From Ostreococcus lucimarinus (taxonomy: Eukaryota): a stretch of 64,000 bases of DNA. Under the pieces are notes generated by a model. The model was not told the DNA's origin. It saw only the letters and a program-made list of their open reading frames with translations, and ran no database searches. This document shows, one piece after another, positions 40,501 to 49,540 of the stretch (positions are counted from its first letter, which is position 1; each line of letters opens with the position of its first letter). The stretch is taken from assembly GCA_000092065.1 (NCBI GenBank), contig CP000584.1. The stretch is one strand, 5' to 3'. The translations under genes and the position numbers were made by a program.

Positions 40501-43500
40501 TACAGTACATGCCAAATGGACAAGGTAGTGGCCGCTCGGCAACAGTGAAGTCAGTAAAGTTACTCGTTCGCGTACCCTCCAAACAATAATGGCCGGGTGG
40601 ACATAGTTTATTCGGTACAGTAAGGCCAGTAGAGTCACATACCGCACCCCTCGGACAAATGATCGGGATCATTGAGCCCGCGTCTGGCGAAATGTAGCCC
40701 ACTGGCGTTGGAAGACAGTCAGCTTGGCCGGTTCTGGGTTGGAACGTCCCTGGCGGGCATAAGGTGAAATTTTTTCCACCGCCACAGAATGCGCCTCGTG
40801 GACATAAAATGGCTTCACTTTCAGGGCAGTACGATCCAGACGGACATTGTGCGAAATGGAACAGCAGTCGCTGTTCTGAAAAGTCGACTCCATTTGTGGA
40901 GACTTCGACGAACACTGTACGAGTGCCACTTTGCTCCACGCCCGCAACACAAAGAATAGATCTGGATGACAAGAAAGTTGCTGTCGCAAGCTCTTGTCCA
41001 AATCGACACGTTAAACTGGAAGTATTGACAAAATTTGAACCAGTTATGAAAATGGGGCTTCGACTACCGCTCAGACCAACTTTCGGAATGATACCAGAAA
41101 TTTTTGGTGGAACTTGGTAGACAAACGTTGCCGTGTTGATGGTCGAAAGATCACGATCGTTCCCAGAAATGCTAATATCTGCAATTCCTAATCCTCGTGC
41201 CGGCGTGATGCACGTAAGGACGTCGCTTTGAGTGTTGTATGACGTAATTGGAAAGAAGGTGCCGATGCGGCAACTGTAACGCGCGCCATCGGTCAGGCCA
41301 TTCACAGACACCGAGAGCGTGGTTCCACCGTTCTCCGATCCTGTCTCGGGAGACACAGCGGAAATCATCAAATCGTCAATGTACTCGAACGCGGTACCGT
41401 AACTTGAAATAAAACCCGGATCGTCACGAGGAGCCATTCCAATGCCCACTCGGCGCTCAGTAGACCAAGGTGGAGTGATGCAAAGTCCAAGCGCAGACGA
41501 CACCACGTGCGCGCTTGTTTGCTCGTTGCCAAAGTAACAATAGCCAGACTCGTGCAGATTATCTCCGTCGACATGGAGTACGGTTGTTCCGCTAGCCGTA
41601 CCAATACTAGGGTGAACATTGAGAACGACAGGTGGCATGAAAACTTCAAATCCAATCGGTGTTGCAGCGTCGGGCAAAACCATGATTTCAAGAACAGTAA
41701 AACCGAATCCAGAAGGCGGCGTGTCGCAAGTGATCGTTCGCTGATCTTCAAACGTCGCCTGCGCGACCTGTCCATGTAGTTTGCAGCCTAGGTACGCGCC
41801 GTGTGGCAAGTATATTGCACTGTTGGACATCAACTTCAACGTTGTGTCTCCGGCCGCAACGCTCCTCTTCGGCGAGACAAAAGATGGGACGAGTGGAGTG
41901 AAATATTCAAAGCTACCAACCGATGCGTAATCCTTTGAGTTGTACGTCAAAGAGCCAACAACCACAGTACCATTGAGCCCAGCAGGAGAGATGCAAGTGA
42001 CAGACGTCGACGAACGCTGTTCCGAGGTGCTGATTGGACCTATAGTGCCAAACCGACAGAAGATTTCTTGTTCGGTGGCGTCTTCCGCTAAGTTTCCAAT
42101 ATGAAAAGTGAACAGATTGCCTCCGTTTTCCGACAGATATGGGTTTTCCAGACTCTGACTAAGAAAGTCGAAGTCATCCAAATATTGGAACGCCGCAACT
42201 ATCTCGGAAATATAATTTTCATCATCTCGGGGACTGACGCCAAGCGAAACCATGGGCGAATTCCCACTGAGGACAGGAGAAGTACACACACTGAGAGCGG
42301 ACGAAATGGCGTACGCTGTGGTGTTTTGATCACCGAAATGACAGAAACTTGACTCGTGCAAGTGTTCTCCGGCAACGTGGATCACGGAGGATCCACTGTA
42401 GAACCCGACCGACGGAACCATGCTTGTGACAACAGGCGGCACAAAGATGTCAAAGTCTACCCCGACGCCGTCGAGACCTATGGTAGATAACTCCACAAAT
42501 CCCGCCGAAAGAATCGGAACGGGGCAGCTGAGCGTGTATCTTACACAGTCTCTTTGATTACCGCCGGAACACGTAGATGTCCGAACAGCCTGTGACGATA
42601 GAACGGGAAATAACCCAAACATGCATCCCTTTGGCGTCGAGCTCAAACTGTGCCCGGTGGCTTCAAGGACTACGTCAGCAAGGCCCTCGTTCGAAGCTCT
42701 CCCTGGCACGACATGCATGACCGTCATATCCTCCTCGGAATAAATCAAGACAAAATTGGTAAAGTAAGAAGACGTCAAGTGAGATGACAGCCAGACCCGG
42801 ATGGCATCGGGCGACGTCGGTGAGTGCGCCGGAGTCACGAATTCAAAGCTACTTCCCGAGCTTCGCACATACATCGGGCCGATTGAGCCCACGTGTCCAG
42901 CGGGCGCATCCACCAGTTCTTCAAGTATTCCGACAGAAGTTAGCGAGGAAATTTGTATCGTGTCACCTCCAGAGGTTGCCACCGTTTCCGCGGAGATATC
43001 CAGAAGAGTCGGAGCGGGAATGTAACTGATGGACGTTGTACCCATTTCGTCGTAGTTCAAGCTTCCACCAGTATCGACGTATAACGCAATTCTTCCTTGG
43101 TTATTGGAGAAGTACGGTGACTCGCACGTCACCAAGGTCGACGAATGAACTTTTGCGGGCACATTTACGTCGCCAAAGTAGCACTGCACTGACCCACCAG
43201 CCACATCGAGCAAATCTTCACCACTGATAGTGACTAATTCACCACCAGAATTACTGATCAAAGTTGGGTATGCTGACACTAGAATCGGATCAGGTTGGAA
43301 TAAGAACAACGAATCGGTTTCATCTTTCCCAGGTGAGGCACCTAAACTTATTTGAGCGAACCCTGGGGCGTACGCGGGCATGATACACTCAGATACATAA
43401 GGATTCGTGGAGATGGACGTGGCTGAGACGAAAAATCCAGCGACGTGACACTTAATAGAAGTTTCCATTGGGTTTTCATGGAGAATACGAACAGCAACGC

Positions 43501-46500
43501 CTCCACTCACGGATCCGAATGACGGATACACCGCCGAGGAAGACACTTCGACGGTTTCGTGATAGCTGAAAGGTTGTTTCACCGACGTGAACATCTCACC
43601 GAATAAACGAGCATACATGGGAATGGTACCCGCGATGTGCGCGGGAACTCGACATTCTAGACCATTCCCGGTCAGTTGTCCGATGATGGGACCAAGACTT
43701 CCGAATTTGCAAGCACAATTGTCAAATGATTGCTGATACGGATCAACTTTGTAGTAAATTATCGCAATAGACCCTCCATCTTCGTTACTTTCTTGAGGCG
43801 ACACGTGTAAAGGATTATCTTCCTCCTTGATGTACTCAAAGACAATACCAGAGGACTCAAATTCATCGTCCGTGAGGCTTGTTGAACCACTTGACAGAAA
43901 ACTGAGAACTGCAGAGCCAGCATCATTCGCTGGTTGCTCGATCACAACTAGAGCACTTGACACAAACTGTACCGGAGAGAATTTGGTGCTTCCAAAAACA
44001 AACTTGTTGTGCGTGACTTCGTTGAAGTGAACGCCAGTCAATTTTATTATTTCTCCTCCAGCTTCTGCGCCATCATACGGCTGCAAATTAGTAATCTGCG
44101 CATGAGGTTCATAACTGAGCTGTATTTGCGAAGAATCCCACACGCTCACGTCGTGAATTTGCACCCCAACAGCGACAAAACCGGAGCTGTGCGCTGGAGC
44201 GAGACACAAAACGAGACCGTTTGACTCCACTTTTGCAACTGCCGCGTGAAGATCGAACACGCAAGCGACTGGTAAGGTCGCTAGCGAAGAAGGCAATGTG
44301 CTCGGTGAAATCATAAGCTCCACCAAAGATCCCCCATCTAACGATACCGACGTGCGGTATGGCTCAGTGAGATCTATGTTGGCAATGTATTCGTACAGAA
44401 GTGTCGTCGCCGCATTGTCACGCTCATTCATAGCCACAGTCACTGGAACTGTCGCAGGTGAATGGGCAGGCAGGATACATTCAACTTTTTCGGATGAACC
44501 CTGCGTAAGGGAAATTCCAGAGATCGTACCAACTTTGCATGATATTACGCTCAAATCCGTGGAAAAGTCTCCATAGATGTCAACCACAGCACCGCCGGCT
44601 TCCAATCCTCGCGCAGCTGGGTGATCTATTTCGAGTCCAGGAAGAAGAATGAAAGTTATTTGGAAATCCGCACTTTGTTCCACGTCGTTGTATACAAGTT
44701 GTAAAGCAGTGTCATCCTTGCCTTCGGGCGTCACACACACGACGAGCGCCGAAGAAATTACGTGTATAGATGACTTTGCAGTACCTGCACTTGTCGTGTA
44801 ACCGCACGAAGCACTGTAATTCGTACCGCCCCAGATCATATTGGATCCCGTCACATATACCAAACTTCCCCCAATCGTTGGGAATGTGAGTGGAGTCGCT
44901 CTCATGAGTTTCGGTTTGGCAACATAATGGAACTCGAGAGCTGACGACGTAAAATCTTGCAAGTTCATAGAGACATCGATCACCGTGAATCCAGATTTAG
45001 ACGCCGGAGCATTGCAAACAGTATTTGATCCGAAGATGAATGCATTCGTAGTGGTTGAACCAAACCTACACGAAAGATGACTTCCGTAGAAGTTTTCACC
45101 GAACAAAGTCACCGAGGTGCCGCCGGTAACAAAACTCGATTCTGGTATTGTCATTGATGACAACGTCGCGATCACCTTGTACTCAAATGTAGCCGCCGAT
45201 TGACTCAGCTTAATTTCAAACGCAGTATTGTGATGGAACACGTTGACTGGGACTGAACCTGCGCTGTGCGCAGGAGAGACGCAAGACGCCGCATTCATGG
45301 ACAACCATCGTCCAAGAACATTCGAAATGGTTCCAATCCTGAAAGCCAGTGAAACGTCGTTTCGAAACGCCAGGCCATCAAATGAAAGAATAGTACCACC
45401 TTGAGACGGCCCAGTCTTGGGAACTACCCGATGTATGACCGAGGAAGATGTGTTCATGAACTCAAACGGTAAGCCTGGAACCGACCAATCAAAGGCATTG
45501 TTTGAGACTGCAAGGTCATGGTATCCGACCTCCATGCTCGGAGATTCGCACATCACTTGCGAGGGTGAAATAAACGCTGCACGGAATGGAGCTAATGTAC
45601 CGAATCGACACAAAGAAGAGGGAGAAAAGTGATCACCATACACCACGATGGCTGTCCCACCGATGGACGGGCCAGACAGCGGAAGCAAGTGATCCAGCAA
45701 CACCTTCCTCGTTAAAATATCATTTGCATCGGTACTGGAGACGATGTTATTGCCGGAGCTATCGACAATTCTTATATCGTACTCGTTTACGCCGTTGTTA
45801 TCTTCGGGTAACCCACAGAGAACAGAACCATCGCTGAGGACGATGCCTGGGACCAAGGCGTCACCATTTCCAAGATTGCAATACACATCTTGACCAGGAA
45901 CAAATCCCGTACCAGTCACAGTTGCGGTATTATTATCGTTGTTTATAATTGTGGTCACTGACGCTTCAGTAGTATACAAGAAAGTCACCTGCGGACCATC
46001 AGCAAACATGGCGCCGAACTCGCTGACCATGCCGATGTCAAAATTCACCCAACCCTCTACGTGCGCAGGCGCTAGGCACCTATATTCATCTGCAGCGATC
46101 CATTCGCCCACGACAGGACCAATTGAGCCAAACTTACACGCGAGATCGTGTGAATCACTGAAAGAGTGCCCGGCAGCTGTGACTGTGGTACCGCCCTCGA
46201 CTAAACCCATTGATGGTGATAGAGCCGTGACCACTGGAGGTGGATCAAACAAAAATTGCGGCTTCATCGCTAATTCTACTGCGGTTGCTACTACCGATAC
46301 GTCCAGTGCATATGCACCTTCAAACATGCTAGGCGTTTCGCAAATCATCAACGCCGAGGAAACATGTGTTGCCGCTACGGTAGTCGTACCAAACCTACAG
46401 ACAGGATTGTCTTGCAGCAAATGCTCCCCTTCTATGTGGACTAATGTTCCACCTCCTATGGCACCAACTCTGGGCGCTATTCTAGTAATTTCAATCACGT

Positions 46501-47659
46501 CCTTTAATTCAAGCTGCACACTGTCTGATGCAAAGACGGAATATTGGAAATCTTGACCGTTCGAGGCCACCGCAACGGAGACAAAACCGATTCCAGCTGG
46601 AGCTACGCAGGTCACAGCGTTGGTTCCCGCGAGACCTGGAACTTTATGCGAGCCAAATTTACACGCAAGCTCTGGTGTTTGCACGACACTCTGTACCGTG
46701 ATAGACACATGGGAAGATCCTGCCGAAGAGACCTGGAACGGCGCGATTGCATCGACAACGAGACTCGATAGAAAAGTGAACGAGTTTGAGAATGTCACAT
46801 AGTCTCGATGATTCATCGAGACGCTCAGGGGCTTAGCCGCTAAAGAAGATGCAGGCGTCGCGCACTCCAATGTATTTTCATTCTGGTAAATCGCGGAGAC
46901 CTCAATTGCTCCGAAGCGACACCGCAACAAACTTGTCGGCGCAAAATTTTGTCCCGTCAGCGTCACCAACGTGCCCCCTTCGCCAGTACCGACTGCTGGA
47001 CTGACGCGACTTATCGACGGCGCGCCGATATAAATGTGCTGGACGCTACTGAAAGCCTCGAAAAAGTTTGAGGAAGTCAAAGACACGTCCACAGCGACGG
47101 TTCCCTTGTCGATCGAAGGTGATTCACACTTCATCAAACCAGACGAGACGATGTGCCCAGTAGTCGTGAGGTCGCCAAATCGACAGTACTGCGACACGTG
47201 CATATCAGCACCGAATACGTCTACGATACCTCCTGAAATACCATACACAGAGTTCACGGCGTCCACCTTGGCGCCACTCACAAATTGATATCCTTTTGTT
47301 CTCAAAAAGTCTCCCGTTTCATTGTTGAGCGCGAATTCGACGTTTACGAAACCCTCCGTGTGTGACGGTGCTGTGCATTTGACCGTCTCGGCGTCTACGT
47401 AATACGCCCGAACGAACTCATTATCAAACTTGCACGTGAGCTCTGCCCCTGGTATATTCTGAACCGCTGCCAGCTGCTTACTCGAGAGCGTGACGACTTC
47501 GCCGCCGCCCACGTGTCCCGCGCTCGGATACATCCATTCCACCTCTGGAATCTCAAATCCTCGAGCGCCGCACGCGAAGCACGCCGCCACCGTGATTAGG
47601 AATAAAACCAACCAAATCGCACGCGATGGACGAAACGACCTCATATCGCTCGTCCTCAT
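34541..47659 (-). CDS. Giant 4372-aa receptor-like membrane protein, single 13.1-kb exon: signal peptide; about 20-24 IPT/TIG-like repeats; ephrin-receptor/furin-like Cys-rich repeats; unknown ectodomain; about 11-TM domain; Ser/Asp-rich cytoplasmic tail with WLxxAR repeats
   Basis: Uninterrupted ORF 34541..47659. N-terminus: MRTSDMRSFRPSRAIWLVLFLITVAACFACGARG. There are more than 17 clearly readable repeats with the pattern C[RK]FG-x(15-20)-C-x-[AST]P, for example CRFGDLTTTGHIVSSGLMKCESPS and CKFGSHKVPGLAGTNAVTCVAPA. Cys repeats occupy about nt 39070-40850 (CQKCPKGTICPG, CPAGYFRSARDSIACRQCPKGTWSS, CPAGYYCPAG). Hydrophobic helices occupy about nt 35690-37210. The tail is at 34544-35690. Confidence 0.8.
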   Translation of the reverse strand: MRTSDMRSFRPSRAIWLVLFLITVAACFACGARGFEIPEVEWMYPSAGHVGGGEVVTLSSKQLAAVQNIPGAELTCKFDNEFVRAYYVDAETVKCTAPSHTEGFVNVEFALNNETGDFLRTKGYQFVSGAKVDAVNSVYGISGGIVDVFGADMHVSQYCRFGDLTTTGHIVSSGLMKCESPSIDKGTVAVDVSLTSSNFFEAFSSVQHIYIGAPSISRVSPAVGTGEGGTLVTLTGQNFAPTSLLRCRFGAIEVSAIYQNENTLECATPASSLAAKPLSVSMNHRDYVTFSNSFTFLSSLVVDAIAPFQVSSAGSSHVSITVQSVVQTPELACKFGSHKVPGLAGTNAVTCVAPAGIGFVSVAVASNGQDFQYSVFASDSVQLELKDVIEITRIAPRVGAIGGGTLVHIEGEHLLQDNPVCRFGTTTVAATHVSSALMICETPSMFEGAYALDVSVVATAVELAMKPQFLFDPPPVVTALSPSMGLVEGGTTVTAAGHSFSDSHDLACKFGSIGPVVGEWIAADEYRCLAPAHVEGWVNFDIGMVSEFGAMFADGPQVTFLYTTEASVTTIINNDNNTATVTGTGFVPGQDVYCNLGNGDALVPGIVLSDGSVLCGLPEDNNGVNEYDIRIVDSSGNNIVSSTDANDILTRKVLLDHLLPLSGPSIGGTAIVVYGDHFSPSSLCRFGTLAPFRAAFISPSQVMCESPSMEVGYHDLAVSNNAFDWSVPGLPFEFMNTSSSVIHRVVPKTGPSQGGTILSFDGLAFRNDVSLAFRIGTISNVLGRWLSMNAASCVSPAHSAGSVPVNVFHHNTAFEIKLSQSAATFEYKVIATLSSMTIPESSFVTGGTSVTLFGENFYGSHLSCRFGSTTTNAFIFGSNTVCNAPASKSGFTVIDVSMNLQDFTSSALEFHYVAKPKLMRATPLTFPTIGGSLVYVTGSNMIWGGTNYSASCGYTTSAGTAKSSIHVISSALVVCVTPEGKDDTALQLVYNDVEQSADFQITFILLPGLEIDHPAARGLEAGGAVVDIYGDFSTDLSVISCKVGTISGISLTQGSSEKVECILPAHSPATVPVTVAMNERDNAATTLLYEYIANIDLTEPYRTSVSLDGGSLVELMISPSTLPSSLATLPVACVFDLHAAVAKVESNGLVLCLAPAHSSGFVAVGVQIHDVSVWDSSQIQLSYEPHAQITNLQPYDGAEAGGEIIKLTGVHFNEVTHNKFVFGSTKFSPVQFVSSALVVIEQPANDAGSAVLSFLSSGSTSLTDDEFESSGIVFEYIKEEDNPLHVSPQESNEDGGSIAIIYYKVDPYQQSFDNCACKFGSLGPIIGQLTGNGLECRVPAHIAGTIPMYARLFGEMFTSVKQPFSYHETVEVSSSAVYPSFGSVSGGVAVRILHENPMETSIKCHVAGFFVSATSISTNPYVSECIMPAYAPGFAQISLGASPGKDETDSLFLFQPDPILVSAYPTLISNSGGELVTISGEDLLDVAGGSVQCYFGDVNVPAKVHSSTLVTCESPYFSNNQGRIALYVDTGGSLNYDEMGTTSISYIPAPTLLDISAETVATSGGDTIQISSLTSVGILEELVDAPAGHVGSIGPMYVRSSGSSFEFVTPAHSPTSPDAIRVWLSSHLTSSYFTNFVLIYSEEDMTVMHVVPGRASNEGLADVVLEATGHSLSSTPKGCMFGLFPVLSSQAVRTSTCSGGNQRDCVRYTLSCPVPILSAGFVELSTIGLDGVGVDFDIFVPPVVTSMVPSVGFYSGSSVIHVAGEHLHESSFCHFGDQNTTAYAISSALSVCTSPVLSGNSPMVSLGVSPRDDENYISEIVAAFQYLDDFDFLSQSLENPYLSENGGNLFTFHIGNLAEDATEQEIFCRFGTIGPISTSEQRSSTSVTCISPAGLNGTVVVGSLTYNSKDYASVGSFEYFTPLVPSFVSPKRSVAAGDTTLKLMSNSAIYLPHGAYLGCKLHGQVAQATFEDQRTITCDTPPSGFGFTVLEIMVLPDAATPIGFEVFMPPVVLNVHPSIGTASGTTVLHVDGDNLHESGYCYFGNEQTSAHVVSSALGLCITPPWSTERRVGIGMAPRDDPGFISSYGTAFEYIDDLMISAVSPETGSENGGTTLSVSVNGLTDGARYSCRIGTFFPITSYNTQSDVLTCITPARGLGIADISISGNDRDLSTINTATFVYQVPPKISGIIPKVGLSGSRSPIFITGSNFVNTSSLTCRFGQELATATFLSSRSILCVAGVEQSGTRTVFVEVSTNGVDFSEQRLLFHFAQCPSGSYCPESEAILCPRGAFCGGGKNFTLCPPGTFQPRTGQADCLPTPVGYISPDAGSMIPIICPRGAVCDSTGLTVPNKLCPPGHYCLEGTRTSNFTDFTVAERPLPCPFGMYCTAGVVSSASIAYNFTTPQQCYAGYVCEPGSITPQGVGPCPPGHYCPPGQQLRCPKRMYCPGVANAEPKPCLPGEYNSDYGKDSCQKCPKGTICPGFAREAPEVCTPGFVCDTEGLAVAGTRCPAGHYCLENTVTRDPLAIIDVAAIVDASPIALNVDNFRPKPCPPTTFCTEGVTTSIVLEGSFKQPQPCKEGSFCEWATGDSTVVSESATDVYNPMRPCTEGHYCPKRTYIPIPAPRGSYTSGQGNSAAVTCLPGTYTPYEGFQECLTCAAGYECVDEGTFKPTACPAGYFRSARDSIACRQCPKGTWSSSIGLTEESLCLPCNSGLVCAIDGMSNNKPRGQGTAALNEYSAYCDADNTEAYDASKCVLLQLDPEGEADLCPEGYVCDARTSIAEQKCPDGYFCGPGTTPETQFFNKCPAGYYCPAGASYSTRTQFPCQACFFCPTGTGQVLNRCPTGTASSPSAQSLDECSADLITFWRVMPVSFDLIEKTYYKTINATGRDTEWLREVESQIAAGRTLLQIDTTNTSSSNATGPTDPFDYMGMGSCTNKNWELLNPTFILSDDNSIAAVDENNIPLMKFTLPRGHTAKLRLDWRTINENLKYGEHYELLIFTNPVIDDTLCPASEYKSVPCPPWDVGDGITWLNMKVIAGEEQEKKCPASQESLELPFWFARNSDGTATGYNVENPTFGNYVWKRGMHELSIQALDDLPFRIELRMLDGRYQEDNRASFLNSICIDVEFPERASATPTYSVHAILPFEIDEEYQAPLNAPVASTMYRSVSTDYFECANINQDPGCRRLDARAAIDYNSTYGAEWKKFKYLRQQNVLTAEDSPSQAHIDLTSTQAEDWVIVNEDGQTDETITLSLPDVYEQEKYLLNEGLWAADQTLFAMDYLPFFSACRGFDSHIFFSHLTENPYKPVTFGEDRTFVSYGETTLVPKEETVFINQYSPQVQAAVADELELTIDCFYEEAYTEASAKKRWYEAEGDTLFYLTAEAESQDALFEASALANDQTEPAANKEKYMADITAQENIPVIFAPVEGFVLTAGLMPTKVEFEILYYQFTDSDKRIIAATVTMDEYVSATAHDGTYTLSVAVSALGWFDLLNFFAFDFLFYLALFFAIGMLVVLLIFSVWVVVRIFTLLKEPPRFRFLPYLRIMIGPPLMGVTLGMLPFATAQFGLRAVFVAFPIITEFPISIDNIGREIDPAVVEKATAGRYAVCFLTAGMYMMGCAAEILVPAELKDEEEKELEDERYVDEVMFKPEVWKRSHFVLMNILVNVTNVFLIEFSFTDTFGVQFFTIFFLLKVAHVIMEMQIETALGEAFLLAPVSVVLASAVGVATIGADDFTDFTLGFFFETIMGMVEYVYLDAFIAYCALVLPDKISAVVNYIMNLLPFNFGDDDDVEVEEKIDAEDTLVEDLMGFLAAYGVNTAVNYMTPFFIFFFWDFNDQLRLSYLYGFRKKDLLIYLLFSVVIIPFWIVMDIITFNIQELFHGWKVYEYLKYARYRFINRTSRWKGFERVYDESIDPGLRAIDQMCFSSQFYFVLALGGSGSFLFVLALSMMLRANYNMFEDILFWACVLMVLGASYTAKRLALLLANHFGLWRITSSITSGEIIIEDSLDEDFSSIFVPKMAAVIEDSGGDSLQTMDVTTADLTSDQFRHLFMSKNRDWVIDQLQEILSPRTARRLKLGKAVRRRMKAGEMSESDSDMEEDFGEVKLSVGAEAAMRIWLTHAASRASGRGVNLRMLSDTSESETEAGLQRFPPVNLSEASSAALTGWLAAVKQLRANRQSSLTNTAVFSSTDFSSESDTDTEPKYATTEHMSQTSKMVMRDWLTRAREMRASVPPSAPKANLSDDSGDSSSQLSSDSASPERQPVSYVAASVMSQWLQRSRAEKEMSLANTPLSGGPKRQALTSDSGSSSDLESSDDPELAFDTRRPKTLSTASASILTGWLSSAQGVFRRRSRAEARAGSDEDNGSSPESLKPE

Positions 47660-48588
47660 CCCGCGCGTCGTCGTCGTCCCGCTCGCGTCGCGTTCAAACC
47701 TTCTCCACCCTCGCCATCGACCGCGCGCGCGCCTCTTTCCCCATCGTCTCCGTCCAGTTCGACGTCTACGTCCTATTTCTCGCCGCCCTCAACGCGTCGA
47801 GCCGATCACCGCTGAATTCTTCGCGCACGTCCCGTCCCGTCGCGCGCACGAATTTGAACGATGCCGCCCCGATGTCCACGACGTATTTTCGTCCGCGTCC
47901 GTCCGCGCGTCCGACGCGCGCGATCGACGTCGCCCGCGCGCGTTCGATCGTCGTCGCGTCGATCGACGGATTCGTCGCGTTCGCACGCGCTCTACCGCGC
48001 GCTCTGCCGCGCGCGTCCCCCGCGCGTCCGACGCCGCGTCAATCCGCGGACCGCGGCCAAAACGGCCGAGTCACTGGCGCGCAGTCAGACGCACGATTTC
48101 CCAATCGAACCGTTTGAAGGCGCTTTTCCTCACCGAATACGACGATGGATCTTCCCTTGAGTCGAGATCGATAAGGGAAAAAAGCGCGCGGTGGTTGGTC
48201 CGTGTGCGACGTGCGCGAGGAAGACTCGCCTCGCGCGCCTCGTCGCGCGTCGCCGCGACGCCGTCCGTCTTTCACACGCGCGCGGAGTAGAGGTGCGGCG
48301 CGAACGATGCGAGCGCGCGGAACGAATGCACGACGCGGTGACCATCGATGCATCGGCGCGCGCGCGCGGACGGCGCGTCGATCGCGCGTGCAGCGCGCGC
48401 GAACCGAGCGCGCGCGATTAGGGTCACGGTGCAGCGCGATGTCGTCGACTGCGTGCGGGCGCGCGCGCGGGCGCGAGCGCGGGTGGTGCAGACGACGACG
48501 GCGCTGGGTGAAAAGTATTTCGTTCGCGCGGCGCGATCGGTGACTGACGACGTGTGAACGCGTGAAAACGCGTGTTTCGCGAGCAGCC
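47660..48588. promoter_or_regulatory. CpG-rich 930-bp divergent intergenic region between the giant gene and RPL32 (the largest noncoding stretch in the window)
   Basis: There is no credible coding frame; only Arg-rich ORFs on both strands. It is flanked by ATG 47659 (minus) and ATG 48589 (plus). Confidence 0.4.
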
Positions 48589-49266
48589 ATGGTGACCCCG
48601 CTCATCAAGCACAAGATCGTCAAGAAGCGAACGAAGACGTTCAAGAAGTACCAGTCGGATCGGTACAAGCGCATCGCGAACGTACGTGATAGAAAACGAT
48701 GCGAAATATTCGAATGGCGTCGACGCGCGCGGCGAGAGCGATGATGCGCCGCGCGACGCGCGAGGGTGGTTGAGAACGCGATGACGTCCGGGCGAGGAGG
48801 ACAGACCCTAGCGCGGAAGGCGCCGCGCGCGGGTGGACACGACGGCGTCGAAAACGAACGAGAGACGATGGAATCTCGATCGAAGGCGAGATAAGACCTT
48901 GAATGAGCGCGAGACTGACCGAATGATCGCTTGTCGGCTTTGTACGATGCACAGACGTCATGGAGACGCCCGAAGGGTATTGACTCTCGCGAGCGCCGCA
49001 AGTTCAAGGGCTTGCCGCCGATGCCCAACATCGGTTACGGTTCGGCGAAGAAGACGCGACACTTGTTGCCGAACGGTTTTTTGAAGTTCGTTGTCCACAA
49101 CGTCAAGGATCTCGACCTCCTTCTCATGCACAACCGCAAGTACTGCGCTGAGATTGCGCACAACGTCGCGACCCGCAACCGCGCGGCCATCGTCGAGCGC
49201 GCTCGTCAACTCAACGTGAAGGTGACGAACGCGTCTGCTCGTCTCCGCAGCGAAGAAGACGAATAA
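48589..49266 (+). CDS. RPL32: 60S ribosomal protein L32 (eL32), 2 exons join(48589..48681,48955..49266)
   Basis: Exon 1 is [31 protein letters not shown] with a GTACGT donor at 48682 and a cacag acceptor at 48954. Exon 2 is [71 protein letters not shown]...RLRSEEDE*. The ...TSW... length matches plant-type eL32. Confidence 0.85.
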
Positions 49267-49540
49267 ATGTCTGGGTCTTCTTAGCCAACTTAGGAGCAGT
49301 GTCAGCGAGGAGGGTGTGATATTTGGGATAGAGATTTTGTTAGAAAACGTTCAGCGAAATCAAAACAGTACTTTGAGCGCTCGCCACGCCTCGCGCAGCC
49401 TTCTCAAACGCGCTCGCCGTGCGTCTCACGCCTGATTTAGTTTTTATCTTGCTCGCAGTGTTGGCCCCGTCGCTCTGGCGACTCGGTGCGTGTCGCGCGT
49501 TCGCCTTTTGGCCGCAGAGCGCGCCGCGGCGCCAGCGAGG

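Noticed and set aside
34541-47659. Calling the giant protein a polycystin-1 or fibrocystin orthologue
   Set aside because: The modular logic is similar, but I see no PKD-domain, REJ, GPS, PLAT or PbH1/G8 signatures. The repeats are IPT/TIG-like and the Cys repeats are ephrin-receptor-like. A named orthology would be overreach without HMM evidence.
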